In this document: one piece after another, positions 23,801 to 40,135 of the stretch | Layout of the letters: every line of letters begins with the position of its first letter | Position numbering within the stretch: the first letter of the stretch is position 1 | Source of the DNA: Octopus vulgaris | Taxonomy: Eukaryota | Length of the DNA: 64,000 nt | Assembly (NCBI GenBank): GCA_951406725.2 | Contig: OX597824.1 | Coordinates: 91,698,001 to 91,762,000, forward strand | Reading direction: 5' to 3' | Made by a program: the position numbers and the translations under genes | The notes under the pieces: model-generated | What the model saw: the letters and a program-made list of their open reading frames with translations, nothing else | What the model was told of the DNA's origin: nothing | The model's database searches: none

Positions 23801-23909
23801 GTCATTTTAATAATGTTCTTCTTGTTTATGTTGCTGTTGAGTAAAAACGTTTTCTGTTATGTGCTCCCCTAACAATATATATTATGAATGTCATTGTCAT
23901 CACCGCAAA

Positions 23910-24173
23910 TAATGCTGCTACTACTGCTGCTTCTGATGATGACGACGATGATGATGATTAGTAGAATATATCGACATTGTCGTCGTTGTTGTCACCACCA
24001 CCACCACCACCACCACCAGCACCACTACCACCACCACAACCACCATTATCATCGTCGTGATCGTGGTCGTCGTCGCCATCGTCGTGTCGTCTTCATCGTC
24101 TCTATCATTATTATCTTCATAGACGTCGTCACCAATCCGCCATCTCATCATCATCACCAATCATTCTCTACCT

Positions 24174-24216
<43 letters not shown>

Positions 24217-24615
24217 GTCAGCAGCAGCAACAGCAGCACCAGCACCACCACCAACACTACCGCCGCCACCACCATCATCATCATAATCGTCATAATTATC
24301 ATCATCCACATCTTCTTGATCATCACTACTACCATCACCCCTACCACTCCCACTAACGTCATGGTTATGATGATGATGATGCTCATCATCAGCAGCAGCA
24401 GTAGAGCAGCAGCACCACCACCACCACCACCGTCACCATCATCATTATCACCACCACTACCACCATCATCATCATCACCACCACCACCACCACCATCACC
24501 GCCACCGCTGCCACCACCACCACCACAACCACCACCCCCACCAACAACAACACCAACACCATCCCCCACCAACTCCACCATCACCACCAACAACAACACC
24601 ACCACCACCACCACC

Positions 24616-24667
<52 letters not shown>

Positions 24668-24720
24668 CCAATACCAACACCATACCCCCCACCACCTCTA
24701 CCACCATCATTATCACCGCC
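23910..24720. repeat. Compound trinucleotide low-complexity tract (CAC/CAT/CAG/AAC)
   Basis: Direct read. Confidence 0.9.
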
Positions 24721-25322
24721 ATTTCGATATCTAATATTATTCAACGTTATCGTCGTTTTGAGTTTTGAGTTTCTTCTTTTAGTTTTATTTGTCTCTTCCC
24801 GTGTTTTCATTTCAAGATACTATTTGAGATCTTAATCGTATATTCATAAACTCATATTGCACAGCCATTATCTTGTAAATCAGTCTACAAAATACATAAT
24901 TTAATATTAGCGCTTTCTGGCGAGTTCTTTATATGAATATAAAAATTCAAGTTTTTATCACAGTCAGTGAGGTACACAACAGCACTGTGGTTTATGTAAA
25001 CAATATTCACCTGTTTGTGTGTTTGTGTGGATTGTGTAAACATACGTGAAAATATACCTACAATGTCCACACAACATTTATACATACTGAAAGAACCAAA
25101 GAACCAAAGAACCAAAGAACAGGTGTACATACCTGTACGTACCCGCACATACAGACGGGTATCATATGAGCGTCTAAGGTTGAAAATGAAGGTATGGATT
25201 TCGCCCTCGTTTGTGAATTCGCTCTTGGTCCTTACTGCTGAGCCGTCCACCATAATCGGCAAGCTCACCGGATGCCGACAATATAAATACATACATACAT
25301 GCATACATATACGTATGTGTTT

Positions 25323-25382
<60 letters not shown>

Positions 25383-26104
25383 TTCCATGATAGTGTACAT
25401 ATACAGAATCGATGTAGAAGCATTAAAGAATAATATTTATCGTCACATCAATATGGCTGTTCGACGTTACTACCGTTTTAACCCCAGGCAGATCCTCCAC
25501 CAGCTGGTCACCAGTGCAACCTGCACCTTGTACATATTACAAGGAGGGGAGCAAACCTCTACCATCTCACGACTGAAGATGGAGACAAGTAGCTGGAAAC
25601 CGTTCGGTCTTATGATCCCATCGTCTGCTAGAGGATGGTTGGGGTTTGCACCCCTGCTTGCAATGTATACTGAATGTAGGTTGCATCGGTAACCAACTTT
25701 CTCTTTCGTATATTATCCAAGAACACGTGTGTTTGAAAAGATTACCGAAAGCGCTTACACACACAAGAAAGAGACTTCTTTCACAAAGGTTAGTGACGTT
25801 TTAATAAAGACTGTGTGACTTTAAAAAATAATAATTTGCAAAAAAAAAAATCATTTTTATACTTAGCAAAACTGTATCAAGTAATTTTCTCAAAGACTAG
25901 GAAAGGTGAAAGAAGAATACTTTTTAAGAATTAAAAATCCGAAACTAAGCCGAAAATAGTCAAAGCTTCATATAATAAACGCTGTAAAGACCATTTACTT
26001 ATTCCCTTTTTTACAAAATATTCGATAAAAATGATTAACTATGATAGACAAAGGAAATATACTTCATGAAAACCCTAGTTGGAAATACAAATTCATAAAC
26101 GCAA

Positions 26105-26174
<70 letters not shown>

Positions 26175-26210
26175 GGAGTAAACACATAAATGTGAAACAA
26201 GGTGGAAAAA

Positions 26211-26248
26211 CTGACTGATGAACGGCAACGAGAAACTCAGAGTAACAG
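26211..26248 (+). ncRNA. Minimal type-I hammerhead ribozyme-like motif
   Basis: ctga CTGATGA acggcaacga GAAA ctc-a-gag TA acag: intact core, quasi-palindromic stem III, weak stem II. Confidence 0.55.
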
Positions 26249-26310
26249 AATTTGTTGAATTTTCTGCTGCTTAAAATAAAGTATATATATATATATATAT
26301 ATATATATAC

Positions 26311-26550
26311 GGCACTACGTCGGTTACGACGTCGAGGGTTTCAGTTGATCTCATCAAGGGAACAGCCTGCTCATGAAATTAACGTGTAAGTGGTTGAGCA
26401 CTCCACAGACACGTGAACCCTTAACGTAGTTCTCGGGGAGATTCAGCGTGACACAGAGTGTGGTAAAGCTGACACTTTGAAATACAGGTACAATAGAAAC
26501 AGGAAGAAAGAGTGAGAGACAGTTGTGGTGAAAGAGTACAGCAGGGTTCG
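26311..26550 (-). mobile_element. SINE family C, 3' part
   Basis: cgtcggttacgacg...cagttgatc...gaaattaacgt...gattcagcgtgacac is shared with 34532 and 35662. Confidence 0.75.
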
Positions 26551-26554
26551 CTGT

Positions 26555-26586
<32 letters not shown>

Positions 26587-26619
26587 TGACCGCTAGCTCC
26601 CAAAGTTTCTATTATCCTC

Positions 26620-26782
26620 TCTCTTTTTATTCTCTCCCAGTTTGTTTGCTCGTGGTCCTTTCTGTTGAAGAGCGTAGGCGCGAAACATAAAAGACTTTCT
26701 CACCTTCCCGAGCGTTAAACTAATACACCTGTTTGTTGTTTACACACCTATCTTCGTCTTTTGTTTTTCAGTAAATTTCAGC

Positions 26783-26785
<3 letters not shown>
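26620..26785 (+). mobile_element. Probable Penelope pseudo-LTR remnant with degenerate hammerhead
   Basis: gtcctttctg TTGAAGA gcgtaggcgc GAAA ca TA aaagac; downstream atacacctgtttg...tacac..c..tct.. block recurs at ~42820 and ~53150, each next to a microsatellite. Confidence 0.5.
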
Positions 26786-26828
<43 letters not shown>

Positions 26829-26868
26829 TATCTATCTATCTCTCTTCTCTCTCTCTCTCTCTCTCTAT

Positions 26869-26909
<41 letters not shown>

Positions 26910-26924
26910 CTATCTATCTATCTA

Positions 26925-27008
<84 letters not shown>

Positions 27009-27639
27009 TACTGTGTGTCGATATGTTCTAGTAAAACGTTTCAAGGTGGTGCTGCAGCGTGGCCGTAGTGCAATGCCTGAAACAAGTAAAAGACAAAAAG
27101 ATCGTCTACGAATGATACCCAATAGGAAATATCAGTGAAACGAACTTCACCGTTGGCCTCGCCCGATCAATTCTGATCTGTTGTTAACGATAACATTCGC
27201 ATTGTTAGTGGTAGCTGTTAGAGCATTATCGACCAACCAGTGCTACATTCTATAACAATGATTACTTTAGCATTACTGACAAATTTCGCCATTGGGCACA
27301 TTTTCTCGTGGCTTAACTACGATTAGATTGATGCTGTTATGCAAGTAAGACTGATTAAGTAAATCTGTATTATAGTTAGTGTTAGAAAGACAGAAAATAC
27401 AGATAAAGATGCCCATTAGATGCGGTGAAATTAAAGCGGGTGGCTACGACTGGGGCTGCGGGTGGCTGCGGGAGGCCTGCCGTTGGTTGCGGGTAGCGGC
27501 TAGTGTATTTATGAATGGAAAGTACTGCGTGTATGTTTAGCTGGTAAATTTAACTGTATGGGGAAGTAGCGGCCATTTATTAGCATTTAACATCTGAAAT
27601 AGAGAAGTGTAATGAAAGTATATTTGCATCTGTACGTTA

Positions 27640-29520
<1,881 letters not shown>

Positions 29521-30056
29521 ATTTATACATGTATAAAAGAATCACAGATCTGCAGACTCTATGCAGCGTTCGTATGCTACCTGGAAGGTTCGAGGATATG
29601 TAAAATCCGAAACAATGACTTTTTGTTTAGTTTACATGAATCTGGGTGAAATAAGAAATTCTCCGATCTACCTTAGTCTCCGTAGAATTCCTGAATAGTT
29701 CCGTTCGCAGCTCGAGTGCGGCATCTGAAACCAGTCTTCAAACGATATCGTGCAGTTTGGTCTGCCTCTAAGGTTCAAACGTATCAGTCGTGATTGTAGA
29801 GCTCATTGTTGCAAGATGTAGAACCCTGAAACAGATGAGTTAGTTCCCAGCACCTGAACTAAAAGGGAGTTTAGAATACAGTGAAATGAAAGTGACGTGT
29901 AACAGATTAAAAATACAGTAGAACCTCGGTTTTCGAACAACTGTGATCCCGAATAAATCGTACTTTATCTCCTGTCCTTCTCATATTCATTTAACACTGT
30001 AGTACCTCGGTTTACGGACGCCTCCGATCACGAATAAATTGTGCTTTATATCTACT

Positions 30057-30374
30057 TTGCCTATCATCCTTTCGTGGTCGATAAATTAAGTACTAGTTAC
30101 GCACTAGGGTCGATATAATCGACTTAATCCGTTTGTCTGTCCTTGTTTGTCGTCTCTGTGTTTAGCCCCTTGTGGGTAGTAAAGAAATAGGTATTTCGTC
30201 TGGCTCTACGTTCTGAGTTCAAATTCGGCCGAGGTCGACATTACCTTTCATCCTTTCGTGGTCTATAAATTAAGTACCAGTTACGCACTGGGTTCAATAT
30301 AATCGACTTAATCCGTTTGTCTGTCCTTGTTTGTCTCCTCTATATTTAGCCTCTTGTGGGCAATAAAGAAATAA
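30057..30374 (+). mobile_element. SINE family B, headless dimer
   Basis: Two body units ending aataaagaaata. Confidence 0.85.
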
Positions 30375-30564
30375 CTAAGACTTACAATGGATAAATAGTT
30401 CTAAAGGCCGAAACAATGCGGAATGAAATACAAAAGTGAAGACAGAACAACAGATGAAGTTCTACCTTGTATTTCGATATTTTGTGGTTAGAAGCATTTC
30501 ATCAAGACACTTCCGGCGTGTGAGCGACATTGCCAGCTCGATACTACGAATTACCGAATTACGT

Positions 30565-31159
30565 ATTTATTTATTTATTGCCCACAGGGGTTAACCATAT
30601 AGGGGACAAACAAAGTAAGACAAAGGTATTAAGTCGATTACGTCGACGCCAGTGCGTAACTAGTACTTATTTAATCGACCCCGAAAGGATGAAGGGAAAA
30701 ATCGACCTCGGCGGAATTTGAACTCAGAACGTAACGGCAGACGAAATACCTATTTTTTTACTACCCACCAGGGGCTAAACACAGAGAGGACAAACAAGGA
30801 CAGACAAACGGATTAAGTCGATTATATCGACCGCAGTGCATAACTGGTACTTATTTAATCGACCCCGAAAGGATGAAAGGCAAAGTCGACCTCGGCGGAA
30901 TTTGAACTCAGAACGTAACGGCAGACGAAATGCCTATTTCTTTATTACCCACAAGGGGTTACACATAGAGAGGACAAACAAGGACAGACGAACGGATTAA
31001 GACGATTATATCGACCCAGTGCGTAACTGGTACTTACTTAATCGACCCCGAAAAGATAAAAGGCAAAGTCGACCTCGGCGGAATTTGAACTTAGAACCTA
31101 ACGGCAGACGAAATGTCGTTAAGCATTTCACCCGGCGTGCTAACGACTCTGCCAGCTCC
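30565..31159 (-). mobile_element. SINE family B trimer
   Basis: Three reverse-strand body units; flanking direct repeat atactacgaattac at 30541 and 31160. Confidence 0.88.
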
Positions 31160-31856
31160 ATACTACGAATTACTTATTGCGATTCTTTAACACACGTTGA
31201 AGATACAAAGAAGAAAAGAATGGACGCAGAAACTTTCCTAAAGAAGTCACATAAAACAGACTTTGGTCAACATATAGACAAACAAAAAAAAAAACTAAAA
31301 AAAGAAGCAAAAAACGAAAAGAAAACCACCCGAAAACCACCCTGAAATAACGTTTCTGTTGTGCAATGTGTACGCGTGGTTTGGAAGATAAGTAAACAAA
31401 GGTGTAAAGAAAAAAATAATAAAAGCGACGACCTAGATGAATGCCTTGTCTGTTTATTTACTTTATTTATCAAAAGACAGAGCTGTATGGGAAGAAGAAC
31501 GAAGTGGTGGGGAGAATTTCAGAAAAAGCTTATACAAATACCACTATCCATATATTCATATTTTGAACAACAAAACGTCTCCAATTGTTATTCAAATTAG
31601 AAAACATTTCGTCTTGTTTTGCGTAGAGAAGAGCTTGTTATTTGTTTTGGCAAACTTATTTCCATTCACCGACGCTCTCAAATGTTATTGTGAGTGCCAT
31701 GAAGATCAAAACATCGCATTTGTCGTCTCTGTAAATCTTAAATGACAGAAGAGAACCATTATAGGGCTAAACTGTGATATTGGCTTTACTGTTTGCAATG
31801 CCAGAGTTTTGAGTTCGAGACTTCCACCACTTAGGGGGTCGATAAAATAAGTTCCA

Positions 31857-32013
31857 GGTGGCTGTGTGGTAAATAGCTTGCTTCCCAACCACATGGTTCT
31901 AGGTTCAGTCCCACCGCGTGGAACCTTGGGCAAGTGTCTTCTATTATAGCCTCGGGCCGACCAAAGCCTTGTGAGTGGACTTGGTAGACAGAAACTGAAA
32001 GAAGCCCGTCGTA

Positions 32014-32090
<77 letters not shown>

Positions 32091-32260
32091 GTATGTATGT
32101 GTGTGTATATGTTTGTGTGTCTGTGTTTGTCCCCCCCTGCATCACTGGTGTGTTTGCGTCCCCGTAACTTTGCAGTTCGGCAAAAGAAACCGATAGGCTT
32201 ACAAAGTCCTGGGGTCGATTTGCTCGACTAAAGGCGGTGCTCCAGCATGGCCACAGTCAC
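31857..32260 (+). mobile_element. SINE family A
   Basis: gtggctgtgtggtaa...ggttcagtcccac...(TA)n...ggcggtgctccagcatggcc. Confidence 0.88.
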
Positions 32261-32699
32261 TTTTGTTCAGCCCTTGGACTCATAAGGCCGTTTACCTGAT
32301 TTCCATGGCGTATCACACCGTTATTCCTAAACAGAACTCTGGTCAGTTTTAAGGTTCAGGACCCACCGATTTGAGGGGAGGGGCAAGTTTATTACATGAA
32401 GCCTAATACTTGACCGATATTTTATTTTACCGATCACAAAGAGATTAAAAGTAAAGTTGTCTTGGGCGAAATTTGAACTCAAAAACACAGAAGAAGTGCT
32501 GCTAAGCATTTTGCGGAAGTGAAAAAGAAACGTGTATCAGTCTCGAACTCGAAACTCTGGTATTGCAAACGAATAAGAAACGGTAAAGCCAATATCACAG
32601 TATAGCGCTATAATGGTTCTCTTCTGTCATTTAAGATTTACAGAAACGAAAAATCGATGTTTTGACCTTCATGGCACTTACAATAACATTTGACAGCAT

Positions 32700-33102
32700 A
32701 AGGTGGTGAGCTGGCAGAAACGCTAGCACACTGGACGAAATGCTAAGCAGTATTTCGTCTGCCGCTACGTTCTGAGTTGAAATTCCGCCGAGGTCGACTT
32801 TGCCTTTCATTCTTTCGGGGTCGATTAAATAAGTAATAGTTACGCACTGGGGTCGATATAATCGACTTAATCCGTTTGTCTGTCTTTGTTTGTCCCCTCT
32901 GTCCTTGTTTGTCCCCTTGTGGGCAGTAAAGAAATGGGTATTTCGCCTGCCTTTACGTTCTGTGTTCAAATTCCGCCGAGCTCAACTTTGCCGTTCATCC
33001 TTTCGGGGTCGAAAAATAAATTACCTGTTACGCACTGGGGTCGATCTAATCGACTGGCCCCCTCCCCCAAAATTTCGGGCCTTGTGCCTAGAGTAGAAAA
33101 GA
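32700..33102 (+). mobile_element. SINE family B dimer with TSD
   Basis: Head aggtggtgagctggcagaaacg; ataacatttgaca is duplicated on both sides. Confidence 0.85.
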
Positions 33103-33791
33103 ATAACATTTGACATCGTCAGTGATTCCGCCAATTTCGCTGCTTTTATAGACACACAGGGTAAATGGAATCTTTTTGACAACCAACCGTTCTTGAAGGA
33201 AATGTTGTCACTACATAAAATTAAAAATGATTAATATTCCCGAAGCTTATTACATTTTGTCACAAATAATTAAACGTCTAATTTTCAGAGGCAATTAGAG
33301 AGGGTTTTTTTGTCTAAATTTAAAACAATTACTCCTTCTTTACGATACGGCAATAGATAAGTCCTAATCGAGGAATTTATCTGACATATTTTCAATTCCT
33401 GATTAAAACTACTGACAAAATTATAAAAAAAATAATAATAAATAAACATGCCAGTCGAGCTGATTCCACGTCGTCGCTTGTTCTAGGAGATCTTTCGGTT
33501 TAATCATCTTTGTAGCTCAGCCTATTGACCTGAAAAGATAAAAGTACACTGAGCAATGGTTTTAGATTCTGGCACAAGGCCAACAACTTTAGGAGACGGG
33601 GAGGGGAGTAAGATGGAGACAACGACCCGAGTGTCTAACTGGTATTTATTCTATGGATATGGAAGAGATGAAAGGCAAAGCTGTTTCCAGCGGAATTATG
33701 AACTCAGAAAATAAAGGGCCGGAAGGAATTCCGATGAGCATTTTGTCCGTTTACAGTCTTGAAAATTCGCCGCTTTAAGCACATTTTTTGC

Positions 33792-34530
33792 CATACATAC
33801 ATGCATACATACATACATACATACATACATACATAGATACATACATGCATGCATACATTCATACATTCATACATAGATACATACATGCATGCATACATAC
33901 ATACATGTATACATACATGCATGCATACATACATACATACATAGATACATACATGCATGCATACATACATGCAGCCATGCATGCATGCATACATACATAC
34001 ATACATGCATACATACATGCAGCCATGCATGCATGCATACATACATACATACATACATATATGCATACATACATACATGCATGCATACATACATGCATAC
34101 ATACATACATACATAGATACATACATACATACATGATGATGATGATGGCCGTCCACTCGTGACCGAGGAAGACCATTGCCGACCTTCAGGAACATTGTGC
34201 GCTCTAGGACTAACTTATATTTTGCATTTGCGGCTCCCGCGGTGGCTAATGAGCCCTGCTCTTGACAAGCACACACGTCTGCAAACATTGCAGACCAAGC
34301 TTTCCCCATTCACTATACGAGCCGTGCGCTTTCGCGCAGCTCGCTTAAGTTCTTCATGCTGGATACGTGCTCTCTCAAAAGTGTCGATCCCCTCCTTAAC
34401 CTGCTTCCTCCATCCTGGCGATGACAGGCATACATACATACAGACATACATACATAGATACATACATACATACATACATACATACATACATACACACACA
34501 CATACATACACACATACATACATACATACA
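33792..34530. repeat. (CATA/CATG)n microsatellite split by an RTE insertion
   Basis: Direct read. Confidence 0.9.
34134..34428 (-). mobile_element. RTE-clade LINE 3' end
   Basis: WRKQVKEGIDTFERAR...KRAARK...CNVCRRVCLSRAGLISHR (C-terminal C..C.R.C.SR.GL.SH motif), short 3' UTR and (CAT)n tail. Confidence 0.88.
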
Positions 34531-34531
34531 C

Positions 34532-34830
34532 CCTCCGTCGGTTACGACGCTGCGAGTTTCAGCCGATCCAATCAATGGAACAGCTTGCTCGTGAAATTCA
34601 CGAGGCCTCCACAACCATGCGTACCTTTCCCGTAGTTCTGAGGATGATTCAGTGTGACACGGAAAGTGACAAGCCTGGCCCTTTTAGCCACAGGTACAAC
34701 TAATCTTTGCAAGCTGAATGGAGTGGAGAAACATGAAATTAGCTGAAGGATACAAAGCGCCACCTGGAATCGAACTCATAACCACACAATCATGAGCCGA
34801 ATATCCTAACCACGGAGCCACGTGGCCTCG
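34532..34830 (-). mobile_element. SINE family C with tRNA-like head
   Basis: Reverse strand tggctccgtggttagg...gagttcgattcc A/B boxes. Confidence 0.8.
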
Positions 34831-34867
34831 TGGTTGAGATACGAAACCTTAGGCAGTGGTTTAACAC

Positions 34868-35100
34868 GTATTTCGTCTGTCTTTACGTTCTGAGTTCAAA
34901 TTCCGCCAAGGTCGACTTTGCCATTCATCCTTTCGGGGCCGATAAATTAAGTACCAGTTACGCACTGGGCTCGATCTAATCGACTTAATCCGTTTGTAGT
35001 AGTGAAGAAATAGAAATAGGTATTTCGTCTGTCGTTACGTTCTGAGTTCAAATTCCACTGAGGTCGACTTTTCCTTTCGTGGTCAATAAAACAAGTACCA
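34868..35100 (+). mobile_element. SINE family B fragments
   Basis: gtatttcgtctg...gagttcaaattcc occurs twice. Confidence 0.8.
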
Positions 35101-35661
35101 TTATTTACATTTCAACTGATATACCCTCCAGCCTGGGTTCCCAATGTTAATGTTATTGTTGCTCAGGTCACTGCTTGGGATCGAACTCAGAAGAATAGCC
35201 CGCGCTCTTAACCACTACGCCATATGCCCGTGGACAATTATGGAGTGAATTTTAGGGCTTATAAATCTAATATTTTTCTATTCTTCCTTAATACCGGTTC
35301 CCAAATGCCATTCATATCTGCACTCAGTCTGCTTAGGAGGTTGTTGTGTCCTAGCATATGTGCTGCCTCTTTTAGTTTTCGTATTTTCCAATGGTGTTCT
35401 CTGTCTATTATTTTAACTTCATCCCACAGAGATGTCATATGGGCCGCATATCTTTTGTATCTTTTCAGAGAGGCCTTTCCGGAGTACCAGCTGCGTACTG
35501 GGGTCGACTCATCCCCTCTCCCATCAAATTTCAGGCCTTGTGTTTATAATACAAAGGATTATACACACATTTATACATACGCACATTCATTACATATATA
35601 CGCATACATTATGTATACATATATGCATACACTCATTATACATTCACAGAGAATTACTGGA

Positions 35662-35970
35662 CCTCCGTTGGTGGCGACCACGAGGATTTCAGTTGATCCG
35701 ATCAGCAGAACTGCCTGTTCGTGAAATTAACGTACAAGTGGCCGAGTACTCCATAAACACGCATATTTCTTAGGGAGCTTCGGCATGACACGGAATGCGA
35801 CAAGGCTAGCCCTCCCTGGATTACTGGTACACCTAATTTTTGCCAGATGAGTGAACTGGAGCAACATGAAATGAAGCGTGTTGCACAAGGACAGAGCGCG
35901 CCGCTGGGAATCGAACTCACGGATTTACTATCGTGAGCCGAATACCCCCAACCACAAAGCCATTCTCCAC
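35662..35970 (-). mobile_element. SINE family C with tRNA-like head
   Basis: Same body as 34532; reverse-strand B-box gagttcgattccc. Confidence 0.8.
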
Positions 35971-36970
35971 CAGCAACAACAAGACCAACAACATCAGGTA
36001 CAGCAGAGGCAGTGACAGAAAGAGGAAGAAGAGCAACGGCAATGAAGCATGATATAAGGAAAAGTAGCTATGAATATTAAAATGGCCACATTAACACTTC
36101 CGCGAAAGTGTTTAAACGTAGACTTGAGTTTATTGAAGAAACTATTCTCAAAAATGGTAAGATGAAGATGTAGACAAAAACCAAGCAAGGAAAAGATGAA
36201 GAAAATGTAGAAAAATAACAATAAAGAAAAATATATAAAAAAAATTATAAAGAATGAATATAAAATGTATAAAATTAACTACAGAAAAATGTCCGACATT
36301 TATAAATTGATTAGAGAAGTGAACGGTACATAAATCAAGAGTAAATATATCTAGCAAGAAATATAAATAGACGTTTGTGAATATATTATAGGGTTAATTA
36401 ACAAATGAATATGTTAAGAAGAAAGAGAGGAAGAGAGGGAGGTGGGGTGAGAGACCTAGAAAAACCAACAGCAAAGAAAGATATAGAATAGAAGATAAAT
36501 GTAGAAAAAAAATAAAACATGGATAAAAATGGAGGTGGTGGTGGTGAGTGGGTGGTGGTGGGGGAAGAAATGAAGAAAGACGTTGATGATAAAAAAAAAT
36601 TAAAATGTTTAATTTGAAATAATCGATGAATTTTTTAACGTCTGATTTAAATCTTAAAACAAAAAAATAATAAAGGAAATGCAGAAATATAAACAAACAC
36701 ACACACTTACACACGCGCGCGCGCGCAGAATGTTAACAATAACAAAGGCAAAAACAAAGAAATCGAACAATAATAATAATGGTTTCAAATTTTGGCACAA
36801 GGCCAGCAATTTCGAGGAAGTGGGTGGTGGTGTATGTGCGTGTGTGTGGGGCGGTTAATCGATTAGGTCGACCCTAGTGTTGAACAGGTGTTTATTTTAT
36901 CGACCTCGAATGAGATAAACGACAGGATGGACCTCCGCAGAATTTGCAAGCAGTAATAATAATAATAATG

Positions 36971-37034
<64 letters not shown>

Positions 37035-37211
37035 GAGCAGTGAGAGAGTGCAAACATCCGCCAAGGCAACCCCAACGTTCTCCCAACGATTATCCAGAGA
37101 TGATTTTTAAAATGAGAATATTTGAAATAAACTTGACTGCTCTCACAAACGAAAATGAACCCGACCTATTTAAAAAATTAAGTAAAAAAAAAAAAAAAAA
37201 ACAGGAAAAAT

Positions 37212-37398
37212 AATCCAGAATCCTTGTTTGGTACCGGATCGATCCCCAAATCTAACCAGTTCGTGTCAGTCATGAGGCCAAACGTCCTTGAAAGTTTCAT
37301 CCGAATCCATCCAGCGGTTCTTGAGATATCTTGTCCACGGAGAGACAAACAAACGCGACTAAAAACAATACTTTCACCTTCGCTAAGGCGGAGATAAC
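37212..37398 (+). mobile_element. Helentron/DINE-1-like non-autonomous element, 3' end
   Basis: aaagtttcatccgaatccatccagcggttcttgagatatc...agacaaacaaac...terminal imperfect hairpin ttcacctt cgct aaggcgga. Confidence 0.6.
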
Positions 37399-37934
37399 AA
37401 AACAATCCTTGATTTTGGTACTCTCGAAACACTGCTGTAACAATGACTACTACCACTGCTACTACCACTGATACTACAACCACTGCTGCTGCTGCTGCTG
37501 CTACTACTACTACTACTACCACTACTACTACTACTACTACTGCTACAGTTGACGCCACCGAGGTAATAGCCAGGTAAATTCAATCACATTTTAGAACGTC
37601 AAGAGAAAATACTAGTAGAAATAGCAGCTAAAATACCAAGGATATAAAAGAAGGTACTGAAATATCAAGAACCAAGACACCACCACCACCACCACCATCA
37701 GAACCACAACAACAAGAAAAATCAAGTGACCATCACAAACTAAAGTATAGAAGGAAGGAAGGAAGGAAAGAAAATGAAGGCAAGGAAAAACAACGTCAAA
37801 AACAAGAGCAAAAAACAACGAAATTGTTTTGGCTTTTTATGTTAGACAAACTATTAGTCTTATAAGGTTAGCTGATTGATTGATCAGTGTATGGCTGGGA
37901 TAAGTATACATACATACATATGTATACACACACT

Positions 37935-37987
<53 letters not shown>

Positions 37988-38235
37988 CTATATATGTATG
38001 TATATATATATATATATATGAAGATATATATATATATATGTTTATATACACACACGCACATACATACATAAATACATCCATACATACCTACATACGTCCA
38101 TCAAGACATACATACATGCGTGTGTGTGTGTAGGTGTGCGTGTGAAAATATCTATATATCTGTATATAAAAGTAGTCATGTGTATGTAAATCTATATATA
38201 TGTATGTATACATATGAGTGTGTGCATGCATGGGT

Positions 38236-38288
<53 letters not shown>

Positions 38289-38296
38289 GATATACG

Positions 38297-38330
<34 letters not shown>

Positions 38331-38861
38331 AATACATAATATATATATCGATATATATATGTATATAAATACATTATATATATATAAATAAATACATTAT
38401 ATATATATATATATATATACACATATATATATATTTATGTTCATATGAGTGCGTATATAGGTAAGTCTATACTGTTTGCTCATCACATTATGTGATGAAT
38501 CCACCCCACAACTTTTATTCATTTAACTAACAGACGCTAGCGATAAGCCATTTGACAAATATTGGTTATTTTCTTCAAGGTGTTAATCATGAATGGTATA
38601 CATCGCAAAGGTGTGTGTACATACATACATACATACATACATACATACATACATACATACATACATACATACATACATACATACGTACGTACATACATAC
38701 ATACATACATACATATATACATACATACATACGTGTGGTGTTGTGTGTATGTATAGAAAGAAACAAAATAGAATATAAAGTATATTAGAAAAGAATATAT
38801 TTTAAATACGTCATTACATATTCATGTATACAGCGCAGGATTGGCTGAGTGTAAGTAGCGA

Positions 38862-39392
<531 letters not shown>

Positions 39393-40135
39393 GAGAGAGG
39401 ATCATAAGTGAATACATGCATAGATACACACACACATATACATATATGTATACACAATCACATAAACATATACTCATGTGTGTGCATGTGTGTAACTGTA
39501 CGTTTCTTTCCCTTTGCTCCTCCTTTGTTTTACGTCGTGACGTCGACTCCTTCTCTTTTTCCACATCTACTCATGATCGTTCCTGTCTTACTCTCTTCTT
39601 TTTGCTGTATCTTCTCAGGTAACAAAGGTTTCCAATTTAGGACCAACGCCAACAATTTCAGAGTGGCGGCTGTGTGGAAAACGCCCATGACACAGACTCC
39701 AGTATCCAACTAGTATTTTTTTTTTCGACCCTGGAAAGATAAGACAAAAAGACAACCTCAGCGAATTTTGAACTCACAACATGAACACGCAAAAATACCT
39801 CTAAGCATTTTGCACGGCGTGTTAGCCGTAGGGAACCCACGGTCAAAGATTCGGTAAAGAATTTTCGGAATAAAAAAGTGTATTCGTAATTAGACACAGC
39901 AAGGTATGAAGGTGAAACGCAAAGAATATGCAACGGGTGTGATGAACTATTTAGGAGAAAATGAGACGTGAAGATTTACCATAAATGTTTTCCTTTATGG
40001 TATTATATTACACCAAACGGTTTATTTTAACTTTGAATATGTGCATTAGCATTTCGCCAAATCAGGCCCGAATTTTTACGGTAAAAATATAAATGCTGGG
40101 AGGGGGAATTTAACCAAAGCATCGAGCGTTGAGTA

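Larger units (their letters stand above)
31666..33125. mobile_element. Foldback-like element with ~150-bp inverted arms and nested SINEs
   Basis: 31666-31822 is the reverse complement of 32539-32698, continuing at 33103-33125 beyond a SINE insertion. Confidence 0.8.

Noticed and set aside
24168-24810. Pro/Thr-rich or Gly-rich 'extensin/mucin-like' ORFs
   Set aside because: Compound trinucleotide repeats, open in several frames on both strands.
29670-29845. Minus-strand exon-like segment with ctaac branch point and cag acceptor
   Set aside because: Stops in all three frames and a weak donor.
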